Positions 53,378 to 64,000 of a stretch of 64,000 bases of DNA are shown here, piece by piece. The translations under genes and the position numbers were made by a program. Each line of letters begins with the position of its first letter. Position 1 is the first letter of the stretch. The DNA is from Magallana gigas (lineage: Eukaryota): assembly GCF_963853765.1 (NCBI RefSeq), contig NC_088861.1, positions 6,882,001 to 6,946,000 of the forward strand. Reading direction: 5' to 3'. The notes beneath the pieces are model-generated. The model ran no database searches and was not told the origin of the DNA. It saw nothing but the letters and a program-made list of their open reading frames with translations.

Positions 53378-56300
53378 TTATATCTTAAATCCCAATTTCC
53401 GTAAACACTCTTTGTGTGCTTCAATTGCTTCTTTGCAATTTTCTTCTCCATTTTCTAAAATGCTACAAGATAAAAAATAATAACTTGAATTCAGACAAAA
53501 ATTACAATCAAATATCAGATGATACTGGTTTCAAACCAAGACCCCCATCAGGGGCATTACCTACCAAACTGGTCTGACCATCACAAAGCTAAGACAAGAG
53601 GCCCATGGGGCCACATCGCTCACCTGAGCAACAATGGGCGTTCAAAAGATATTGTGCCATATGGTCCCTCATTAGAATAACAAAAAAATAAATATTGTAA
53701 AGTATTCAAATTTTACACTTATTTTTGCATACACGTAACCTTTGACATTGTACCTTCATGAAATACTATTTTTTACCAGAATAAGAAAATTCTACGCAAG
53801 ATATAAAACTAAACATTTGGTAGGGGTACACTGTTAAGTTGTTAACTTCCAATTTCCTATATTTTTGTTCTGCCCCCCCCCCCCCCACACTTTGTAAAGC
53901 GATCAAAATATATGAGAGCATATAGGTACATTTTTTTTCATCAACTACTTACTAGTTATTGTATTTCAAAAATAAAAATATAATAGTTATTGTTTTTTAT
54001 TTAAAAAATCCTACATGTATAGATGTGAAGAAGAAAATTGTACCTCAATGTGCTCAATTCCTCAAATTAAAAACATTCAAAAATTTTATTTGTCTTCTCC
54101 ATTATAATTAAATGACTGTTATTTACTTCGCGTACAAACCAGGATAATTTTCCGCTGTGATATTTTCTTAGGAATAGTGATAATTACTTTATCCCCGCAA
54201 CAGAAATGTGTCAGAACTTTGGAAACTGTTTTAAAGATGTTGTTTTCATTTACTCGTGTCTGGAAAACTATCAAAGTTGATGTAGATTTCACATTATTTA
54301 TTGTATAAATAGGGGGCCCCAGAGAGTAGGTATATACAGAATATCATTCTTTTATTTTGTTTGTACAAGTATTTAGCATACTCTAATTCATATAGAATTT
54401 CTAATGTTCAACCAAAATTTCAGCGTCAATGGTAGATTTATAAGCAAGATACAGAGCTCACAGTTCGCCTAGGTTTGAGTCATATTTTGTTCACACGAGT
54501 TTATTACATTCAGCTTAAGATTTTTAACTTGGTATTTCCTATTCTGCATTTAAAATGGAAAAAAAAATGGCCTACGATTTTCAATTCTTTTATTCACTCG
54601 AGACCAGTTCACTGGTATTTGAAGTTCAAAATCAGTTTATACAAATGTACACAAACACAGTCAAGGATCACATGTACAGTAGGAGTAATAATGACGAAAA
54701 AAGGTTAAGTTTACAATACAACAAGTCGTTAAAATTGGTTTCTGGAAGAACAGACTTTGATAATTTTCATAAAAAATATTGACAAATTTTTTACTTTTTT
54801 AATCTTTAGTTTTTAAGATCTATGTACAAACATAGAATTGTGAGCAAATCTCTGTATCTTGCTTATAGTTCGAAGCTTAACACTCAAATATGGTTAGTAA
54901 ATAGAAATTGTAAACAATTAAACACAAGAAACATGCACTATAACAAATAAAGAACACAATTTATTTTTTCGAAATGAATCATATATATACATGTATATAT
55001 ACCTACATATTAATTTCCGTCAGCGATATCAAACTCTATTTAAACTGAATAAACTCAAGAAAATGCTGAGCATCTCAACAAAACCTATTGCATTAATCTA
55101 CCATTACTCAAAAGATAATGCCGAATTACCCATAGAATGAATTGTATTTCAGTACTTTTTTGATACATCAGATTTTGCTTAATTTGCGCAGGTAAACAGT
55201 TAACTGTTTGATTAACCGAAATCTCTGTTTGATTTGATACGTAAAAATCACGAAATACAGACGATAGTTCCCATGTTACAAAGCATAAATAATGAAAATG
55301 AAACGAAAATCACAACAAGCTAACACCACCGTCATATGTGAAAACTGTCAACGCATTGAAATATTTAGCCTCAATTTACTTCACAAAATCAACACTAATA
55401 TATTTTGCATGTTTCAAAAATTTCCCTTCATACGCGAACTGTTGCACAACAAGCAAATTCATCATAGTCAGATCGACCCTTTTTCGTATAATGTCATGGC
55501 TGCCTTAAACAAAGAACCTCATTTTAGAAGTATGAAATACGAGTCTTGGTAAAATGGGTATGCAAATCCGGGCCGTGGCAAAATAAAAGCTGGGGCAGAT
55601 CGGCAATCATCAATTCCAAATATGCATTATTTTGCAGCAATATTTACAGCGAATACAAATATACTGGTCCATCAAATATCCTGAAATTTTAATGAGATTG
55701 GCAGATTAATAACTGCCAATCTCTTGTTTTGCCCAGGCCAAGTCTTGCCTACCCATTTTACCGGATGCCGAACCCGAAGCTATTAAACTGATTGAAACAC
55801 GCATTTCCTTTATTATTATTTTCGTAATAACTCAGATTTGAAACAGAATTAGCCCTTAATTTTTGCAATTTATATTTTCCTTCCCATAAGGATAATTTAT
55901 GCTAAACTACGTTGAATTGGAATCAGTTGTTCTTGAGAAGAAGATTTTTAAAAATGCACCCTCCTTTTTCTACAGTTTCAAGGTTTTCTCCCCTTTGAAT
56001 ACAGATCGAACTTTAAAATTTATTTCTGCAATTTATATTCACCCTCCCATAAGGATGCTTTGAGCCAAATTTGGTTGAAATTGGATAAGCGGTTTTAGAG
56101 AAGAAGTTCAGAATGTAAAAAGTTTACAGACGGACAGACAGACGGACGGACGGACAGACGGATGACGGACAAAATGTGATCAGAATAGCTCACTTGAGCT
56201 TTCAGCTCAGGTGAACTAAAAATCAATATGATATCATTGAATAACCAACATTATTAGAAATATTATGAAGTCAATCTAAATAACATTAGACTTGTAAAAC

Positions 56301-57896
56301 TGCTTCTTTTTGATACACTACACAAGAATTATCAATGCCCATTCCGAGGTCATTTTAGAGGAACCTTGACCTTTTAAGAATGAATACCCATCTTGTTTCC
56401 AAATTAGATTCAACCTTCAGTAAACAAATCTTTAAAAAATTGCACTATAGTTTTATATCTTATAACGCTAAAGCTCAGTCATCTAATTTATATCTTGTTT
56501 TAAAGTATTTCCACCAAAATTGTGTAAAAATTTATTCAAATTTCTTTCTTGCATGAGTTATGCAATCACAATAGAAAACTCAACACAGGCACTTTGCATT
56601 GACTTTGTTAACTGGTACTATATGAGACACCCCTGGCATTTAGGTATGTCGATGAACTGGAATCAAATGTTTGAAATACCAGCTGTGATTTCGACAGTAG
56701 TGACTTCATTGGCTAATTAAAAGGCAATCAGGCCCATAGAGGGTGTTGTTAGATCTTGTATGTATACAGTTTAACAAGTCTAATCTTAATTAGATAGATA
56801 GTAAAGATGCATCGAACACTCAATTTACATGATTGTTTCAATGTGACCCGCTCTTAATGACAATATATAACAATCCAATTAATTAATTTTTAATATTTTG
56901 ATGGTGTGCATTTAGATCAGGTCAAGTACAATCTCCAGATTTAGCTATATAGCTTGAAAAAGCTATATTGCTTTATAAAGCTATTCAAAATAGCTTAATA
57001 AAGCTATTTATATGCAGTTTTTGAAGAAAATATTAATTGTAAGAAATGGACGAAAAATCGCAATTAACTTGCTACTCATATTTGCGCCACTGACCATTAT
57101 AAACTTGACCCAAATGTAAGATAGTTTTAACACTGTAGCTTTTAAACACTTTTAATTAAAAAATATATTTCCATTGTTTGGGTAACTGTTCACCACTTTG
57201 TGTGCAATGAGGCGTGGATAAGTATGATTTCTTCTCATTGTGATAAATTATTACCAATCAATTATCTTGTTTACCATAACTGACCTCCTTTATATTTCAT
57301 TCAAGAAGTAACTGTGTGGTCATGAATCAGTTGCCCCAAAACTTTTAGTGCAAAGTCTCTTAAGGAGATGCAAACTTATGAGTAATCTTTACATGCATTG
57401 TTTACAGAACAGTTCAAAGTTGAAAATTATCACTGCACTAAAGTGCGATTTTTTATACATACTGAAAAAATTACACATTTAAGAAAACTGTATGGCAAAA
57501 TAGCTAAATGAAGCTATTCTGAATAGCTTAATAAAGCTATTTAGCTTATTCAAGCTATATAGCTAAATCTGGAGATTGTACTGGTAAAGTCGACACTAAT
57601 AGCCTACATTTTACAGTCAATGCTCTCCCAAATGACAGCACTGTAAACAAATTCATTTAAAAATCTTGCAAAAGTGGCATACTTTATTCTGAATAACAAC
57701 ATAAAGAGGTTACAAAATCTTGATGTATTACTGAAACTGAAAGTAACTAAAAAATGTGATAGAAAACAGATAAAATCAAGCCTTACCACTCATCTCTTAT
57801 TTTTCTCGTTTCTGGACAAGCACAGCATGGTTTTAATTTTTTCTCTGGTTCACTTGAGCTCTCTTGTTTGCTAGGAGTTGATTCAGAAGAACCCAT
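53378..57896 (-). CDS. COX17: Cytochrome c oxidase copper chaperone COX17, 64 aa (not in ORF track)
   Basis: Exon 57896-57787 ([38 protein letters not shown]|gtaagg) joins exon 53462-53378 (tag|[28 protein letters not shown]). Copper-binding KPCCAC motif and twin CX9C are intact. Confidence 0.96.
53594..56223 (+). mobile_element. Helentron-type non-autonomous element (2.6 kb) in COX17 intron 1
   Basis: 5' ACAAGAGGCCCATGGGGCCACATCGCTCACCTGAGC; about 163-bp satellite-like monomers (GCAATTTATATT at 55865 and 56028, GAGAAGAAG motif); (GACA/GACG)n; 3' hairpin AGCTCACTTGAGCT-TTC-AGCTCAGGTGAACT with the inverted sub-terminal repeat. Confidence 0.85.
55548..55762. mobile_element. Short TIR element nested in the Helentron
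   Basis: GGTAAAATGGGTATGCAA ... TTGCCTACCCATTTTACC; 18-bp TIR with one mismatch; no clear TSD. Confidence 0.65.
56929..57578. mobile_element. TA-flanked MITE with long TIRs in COX17 intron 1
   Basis: Perfect 30-bp TIR CAATCTCCAGATTTAGCTATATAGCTTGAA with TA on both sides, extending imperfectly to about 80 bp through AGCTATT/AATAGCT subterminal repeats. Confidence 0.9.
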
Positions 57897-58159
57897 TGCG
57901 AATTTACAAATATTATGAAACTAGGACCAACGTGCGACCTTCGAAAGTGAAACCGGAAGTAAGAAAGGTGTAGCTAATATACACGATAGAAGAAAAGACA
58001 ATTTAAACATCATTATTTATAAATGTAGTCTCAAATTAGATTTCAAATAAAAATTAATATAATAAATCATGGTATGGAAGTTGTATGATCATTAATGGTT
58101 TTTTTTTATGTAAACGGGAAAAAATATTGAAGCTTTCCTGTTATTAGTGAATTTTCAAA
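57897..58159. promoter_or_regulatory. Bidirectional promoter COX17/TAF13 with ETS motif
   Basis: 263 bp between divergent ATGs; CCGGAAGT at 57953-57960. Confidence 0.6.
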
Positions 58160-59702
58160 ATGGCCGAAGGTGGAGAATTTCAGGTTACAAATTTTAACAA
58201 TTCTGCTGATAAACATGATTTTATTGAGAAGTTACAAAAAATTCACATTTTATTGTAATAACTTTATATCGGTTTTTTGCATATATCTCAAAAGTACCAA
58301 TAATTTGAAAATTTTGTTGTAATTTTTTTTATTTTAGTTCGATGAAGATGAAGTAGAAGATGATGCTCCTTTAGAAAAGAGAAAGAAAATATTTCTGAAG
58401 GAATGTATGTCATAATTTTTTGTCAAAAGATTAAAACAGCACGTTATACCACTTAATAGGGGAACGGGCTTGTGTAGAAAAAAGCAAAATCGTTAAAAAT
58501 GGGGTACCTAAGGAGGAAAATTACAAGGGAGAACGCCGTTTTGGATACCGCCTCACTTCATCAGCTAATTTCTTATTTAAAGCGTTTCAGCCTCACAAGA
58601 AAAAATTACACTAATCCGCTGTCAAATCATTCTCGACTTGTACATATCGCATGTTTGTATTGTCTTCTGACATTTACACATTTCCAAAATCAAAATATGA
58701 GAGTTTGCAAAGAGAAGTTGATGTGGTTTATGTCTGTCTAATTCTCTAAAGAGAATATATTTACTGATTTCCATTCCCTATAGAATAGTGGACACACATA
58801 GTCTTCTCTAAAGAGAGTTAGCCTCCAATATATTGTAGTTGAAAATATTTGTTGGTTAGGTTTTATCTCACTTACTGTTTACTGAATCATGAAAAGATCT
58901 GTTACAATGATAACATTATATTTTGCAGAATGCTGAGATATTATATTTTGCACATTTGAAAGTTTAGCTTAGTTCATTGAAAACAAATGATGGAATAGGA
59001 AGTGTTGTAAATACATAACTGTGAATTTGTAACACTGACTGTAATGAATCAGGGAATTTTAAAGATCTTTATAAACACTGATTGTGTTTTATTTTTTCAG
59101 TGCGCTGTATGATGTATGGATTTGGTGATGACAGGAACCCTTACACAGAGAGTGTGGAGCTGCTTGAAGATCTGGTGATTGAGTACATCACAGAAATGGT
59201 ACAAAATAGATGTGACTCAATGATTCTTTTATATCAATAGGGTTGTGCAATGATAACCAACATTTGGTGATTCAGGTTTGCTGACAAAAAACATTATATT
59301 GTGATACATTTTATCAGTTCTGATATGCTTGCAATATGTTTAAACTGCTATAAATAAATATATATTAAAACATAAAAGCTAAGGTTTTTGAATTTTTCTT
59401 GACAAAATGATACTTTATGGCTAAAAAAAATTATATTTAATATTCAAGGTAGATCTGATGGTTTTAAATTTGTCGACCATCCAGCCTCCTTAAGATTCAA
59501 GTACATGTATCTTCTTGTTTTGCAGACAAAAAAAGCAATGGATGTTGGTCGCCCAGGAAGGATCTCTGTTGAAGACATCATTTTCCTGATTCGAAAAGAC
59601 CCAAAGAAATATTCTCGCGTAAAAGAACTTCTGATGATGAATGAGGAACTGAGAAAAGCCAGAAAGGCCTTTGATGAAATTAAATATGCGACAACCAAAT
59701 GA
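58160..59702 (+). CDS. TAF13: Transcription initiation factor TFIID subunit 13, 121 aa, complete
   Basis: Exons 58160-58183, 58338-58404, 59101-59198, 59526-59702 (366 nt). Histone-fold LFxKELRCMMYGFGDD-type segment (IFLKELRCMMYGFGDDRNPYTESVELLEDLVIEYITEM) and EDIIFLIRKDPKKYSRVKELLMMNEELRKARKAFDE. Confidence 0.96.
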
Positions 59703-60377
59703 AAAGATGTCTCTCGATTCTTGAAGGAGAACATAGTTCCTTTAATTATGGAATTTGGTTCTGAAAGAGCATGGATGTTGTATGAACTTGCCTGGGCCTG
59801 TTTGTAATTTGATTTGTTTGGGTAGAAGATGAATATTCATGAAATTGACATATTTTAAAATGTTTACATGCTGTTTATTACAGCAGTAAGCTTTTCTTTC
59901 ATTGTTATTTTTTTAAAAACATATATCATCATTGAGAAAAGTAAACTGATATGAACTCTTTTTACTATTAAAGTAACATTTTATATAAAACAATTTAAAT
60001 AAACGGATTTACCATTTTTGCAGTTTTTATTTAAATGCAGTGTGAATTGCACGTCACTTTTGCGTTGTAGTTTACCTTTTCTTCAATGCAAATTTTCAGC
60101 ATTGCATACTAATTAATGAAATTAGGTCAGCTGTTATTTAAATGAATTCAATATATTGTACTTCAGTTATCTAACATGTCACAAATCTGTTTTGTATTCC
60201 TTGCAATTTCTTGTTGATTCTGTTAGTTGGTTTATTTTATTAACAATGCAACTCCTCTTAAACTTCTGCTCAAAATTTCAGGCCCAAAATTAAAATATCA
60301 TAAAAAATACTTTGTTTAAAAACTACTCAAAATGAAGTTGCATGCATTTGTAAATACATTCAAAATAGAGGAGTGTA

Positions 60378-60380
<3 letters not shown>

Positions 60381-60426
<46 letters not shown>
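60381..60426. repeat. (TC)23 microsatellite
   Basis: Uninterrupted run between TAF13 and CSTF3. Confidence 0.95.
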
Positions 60427-60432
<6 letters not shown>

Positions 60433-60780
60433 TCAATGTCCATTTACCGGGGTAGCTTATTTTCATATCGTTTATTCCTAACGCATAACTTTACAAATAA
60501 AGCCGAAACTTTCACAATATATATTAAATTGATATAATAAACGCAATAATTTAACCAATCTTAAAAAACATTCTTTTAAAAAAAAATCATTACTAGTACT
60601 GTATTTTAATGTATGCGAAACGTGTGCAATTTCTAAACCTATGACATGAGTTACAATATACATGTAGCGCATTTCCAAATAAAACAAAAAATTTTAACAT
60701 TCTATATATATTACCAAGTAACCTAAGTACCAATTTTTTAAACATGTATTTTCCACTGAAATAAAAATAACGATACATAC

Positions 60781-60814
60781 CAGAGACATAAATAACATGT
60801 TATTTATGTCTCTG
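60781..60814. mobile_element. 34-bp perfect palindrome flanked by 7-bp direct repeats (TIR-only insertion)
   Basis: TACATAC|CAGAGACATAAATAACATGTTATTTATGTCTCTG|TACATAC. Confidence 0.7.
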
Positions 60815-62031
60815 TACATACAAAAATAAGTAAATGTATATTATAATCATACTACTGTGTTGATAAAGCAGGGCGTCGATCTACAGATAAATTCAGAAAA
60901 ATAAACTTTTAAATACAGAGTTACACATATACATGTATAATTTTACTTGTAGCCTATGCTTATTTTCTGAATTTTGTTATTTACTCAAAATACTAGAAGT
61001 GTATAGTATATCATTTATAAACAGGTATAAAAATATGCTAAATAATTGAAAAGGGTGTTCTACCTCCTAAGTAACTTTGATATTTTTTTATTTATTATTT
61101 TGGTGAATTTTCATTAAATAAGATTTGCCATGCAGGTATATAAGGGAAAAAATCTATCATTTGGATAGGACCCAAACTCTGAAATAAAGGAAAAATATAA
61201 ACATATATAGATTGATTAACATCATAATAACATTTCTGATATTATATAACAGAAATTATTACCGATTTCATTTATATGTGAGGAGAATTTTTTTTATTAA
61301 AAACAGTCGATAATGATCGAAGCAAGGAAAGTTTATTAACATCAATTATGTAAACGTTTTTTTTAAACGAACAATTTAAAGAAGAAAAAAATTATGAAAG
61401 ACTCAGTATAATTCCTTAACAGCCGATCATTGTAAATGATTAAAAAAAGAAGACGAGGAAGGAAAGATCCCTTTCTCATCACAATATTCAATATCACAAA
61501 AGTAGCGCGTTTAATCGCAAAAGTTGCGCGTTATATTGTGCCGTTAAAGTTTCTGCAATAAATAGATTTGCATAATATGTATATTTTGTAATTTATTAAT
61601 TTTTATTTTGTTTGCTACTGAAATGACTTCATTGTGGGGTTTTTTTCAAATTAAAGTGATCAATTTATAGTTGGTCGAATTTTTGGAACATTTTTTTTAT
61701 CATTTCCAAGAATTAGAATTGCCTGCTTTCATGCCGATTTTTTAAAACTATCGATGAGTTATCGTTCGTTAAATACGGCAACTACCGATATTGCGCGGCG
61801 GCGCTACACGAGGTGCATTAATGGCGGTGTTGTGAACGAGGATTACCATTTGAAACCGTACCAAATATTGTGGAAATACTTGCAGAAATGTGAGCGCGAT
61901 GACCATCAAATAAATCTATCTGCATTCTGGAGATTAAGTTGCTTGTTATTTGAGAGTTGTTTTTTTTTGTTATTTGATGCGCATGGTTGTTTTTTGATAC
62001 ATCGCGGTGTGTTTGGAAAGCTTCAGCCAAA

Positions 62032-62989
62032 ATGTCGGCAGGTTCTAACGCCGGTGGCGTGCTGCCACCGGAGGTAAGAATGTCCTATTTTTTCTACTTA
62101 AATAATGAATTTATGAAATAATGCTGACTAATGGAAGCATTAGCGTGGTTGTATTAATGAAAGTGCGATAATTAGAATTTCCTCGAAATTGAGTTGGACT
62201 GCACAATAACAATAATCAAGAAATACTGAAATAGTTCTCTATTAAGAATTGATTTCATTATTGCCATTTCAAGAGTGATTTTAACCCCCAAAGAAGTATT
62301 GTGCAATATATATTCATATCAATGACCTTTCAATGTATTGTGAATTTCAAAACTAAGGTAGCATTTTGTTGTCCTTTCATTTGTATTTGAAAGTTGATGA
62401 AATATTTTAAATTTGCTTTTAGCAAATAGGTTACATCCCTGATAAGTTAAAGAAAGCAGATAAACGTATTGAAGCGTTCCCATACGACACTGAAGCATGG
62501 AGTGTCCTTATTCGAGATGCACAGGTAAGTGTGTTCATGTTGAATTTATGAAAATTTACTTATCTTTCTCTATACATCATGATATGTCTTTTCTATACAT
62601 TCACATGCATGCAAAACTTTTAAAAAATTCACTTGCTGTAAATAAAATAAAGTTTCACAGCATTTTACCAGTGGTTTGCTTGCCCAAAACGTAACAAGAC
62701 ATGTTTAAGGCAATTATTAATCAATGGTGAGGCTTTGTTAAGCCTCACAAAATTTTGTCATTCCATATAAAAGTTGGTATTCTATACAGTAAAGTTTTTA
62801 AATGTCAGGATATAAGTACAATGTATGTATAATATGATCATGCATTGATTTTATTGTATTTAAAAAGTCTGAAAAATGATCACTGTTTTGTAGATGAAAC
62901 CCATCGAGATTGCCAGGCAGGTGTACGAGAGACTGGTCACGCAATTTCCCAATGCAGGCAAATACTGGAGGATTTATATAGAACAAGAG
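62032..62989 (+). CDS. CSTF3: Cleavage stimulation factor subunit 3 (CstF-77 / su(f)), exons 1-3; continues beyond the right edge
   Basis: Exons 62032-62073, 62423-62524, 62894-62989: MSAGSNAGGVLPPE/QIGYIPDKLKKADKRIEAFPYDTEAWSVLIRDAQ/MKPIEIARQVYERLVTQFPNAGKYWRIYIEQE, the HAT-repeat N-terminus of CstF-77. Confidence 0.95.
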
Positions 62990-63415
62990 GTTTATTCAGC
63001 TATATTTCACTAATACGTAAACTATTTAACTTAAGATTGCTATGGGGAAAAATATTAAGGAAATCAATTTTTACCATTACATTTCAATAAATTGACAAAT
63101 GAATTAGTAGGTTTTGTCATATTGCCAATTTTTAATTTGATGAATTGTTTGCACTGGGCTGTAATAAGCCCGCACAGTATCTGTTTTGTGGTTTGGGGTA
63201 CCTATAGTTGGAAGTTTTATAAAGTTTGGGAGTGCATGGGGGTGGGGGGGTGTAAAGAAAAATTAAACCAGACAGAAATTTTTATTTACGAGTACCCCAA
63301 CCAGGCAGACAGATACCGGTATTACTTTCTACATTGGTGTACCAATATTAATATTCATTCATGTAAATGCTTAGAGCTTTATAGAAGGTAAGAGGTTTTA
63401 GATTCTCTTACCTGA

Positions 63416-63570
63416 TGTATTAGAAACTGTATATAAATTGCAGTGTTCTAAATATTTGTAATGAAGTTGAGCATATCACAATTATTTTTGTTTTTCATGC
63501 TCTGCATAAATCATTACAAAAGTTTGAAGTCTCTGGCTCTTTTGTGGTGTTTGTGTTATTTTCTTCCCTT
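63416..63570 (+). terminator. Candidate intronic poly(A) site in CSTF3 intron 3
   Basis: TGTA at 63416, 63428 and 63457; variant hexamer CATAAA at 63505-63510; GU/U-rich TTTTGTGGTGTTTGTGTTATTTTC from about 63540. A canonical AATAAA also lies at 63086-63091. Confidence 0.5.
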
Positions 63571-64000
63571 GGTGCGAGTGGAAGTGCAAGAGAATGAATT
63601 TATAAATCATTTACATTATCGTAGGATTTAGTATTGTTAATTTTGAAAATCAAAATTATCGGCCTTGGATGCTAGTAAGTCTTGACATGAATTCAATTTG
63701 AATTATACATTATGTAAAGTTAAACCATTTTCATGACTGCGTGGATATTTCCTGAAATTGATTAAAATGATAGCCAAATAACATGAATTGTCAATTTTGA
63801 TGTGAAGTATTTGCAAACTGATATAAAATATGAAAAAAAACCTGAAAATAATACCGATAATAAAAAATAAATTTTCATAGGGGATGTACTTTTCTCTTTC
63901 CATACTTCAAAAAAGAAAACCCATATTGTCTGGAGTAAAAAAGTGCAATGAATCAATACTGCTCATTAAAACTTCAACTGTAAGATCAATTTAAGTGATC

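Noticed and set aside
61754-62077. 107-aa plus ORF and 70-aa minus ORF over the CSTF3 5' region
   Set aside because: No recognisable homology; the true CSTF3 frame starts at 62032 and splices in phase to HAT-repeat exons.
7184-62989. Minor-spliceosome (U12), GC-AG or AT-AC introns
   Set aside because: All coding introns I reconstructed are GT-AG and none has the GTATCCTT U12 donor; several donors are merely weak (GTTACA, GTTCTG, GTTTGA, GTTTAT).
63175-63390. Degenerate inverted repeat and a strong AAG|GTAAGA donor in CSTF3 intron 3 as candidate exon 4
   Set aside because: The translation does not resemble the next CstF-77 HAT segment; it looks like a decayed MITE. Exon 4 probably lies beyond the window.

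Overview
AT-rich, intron-dense animal genomic DNA, not prokaryotic: there are no operons, CRISPR arrays or rRNA. The repeat families (Helentron-type elements carrying ~146-163 bp satellite arrays and GACA/GACG tails, TA-flanked MITEs) resemble bivalve DNA, most likely a Crassostrea/Magallana-type oyster (inference). Manual splicing supports seven genes. (1) First coding exon of an ARID1/Osa-like SWI/SNF subunit (-), which continues off the left edge. (2) Complete NOLC1/Nopp140 (+, 7 exons, 1034 aa). (3) Complete CFAP47 (-, 58 coding exons, ~3213 aa). (4) Complete DNAJB13 (+, 7 exons, 317 aa). (5) COX17 (-, 64 aa, absent from the ORF track). (6) TAF13 (+, 121 aa). (7) First three exons of CSTF3/CstF-77 (+). 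The first six genes form three consecutive head-to-head pairs. Introns carry many non-autonomous DNA transposons with readable TIRs or TSDs (hAT, EnSpm/CACTA-like, Tc1/mariner-type MITEs, two Helentron-type elements). The best leads are regulatory: two motile-cilium genes sharing a 361-bp promoter with RFX X-box-like motifs, a likely autoregulatory intronic poly(A) site in CSTF3, a recursive-splicing-like exon in CFAP47, and a 34-bp TIR-only insertion. I found no clear evidence of a wholly new biological system. Coordinates were read by hand and may be off by a few bases.
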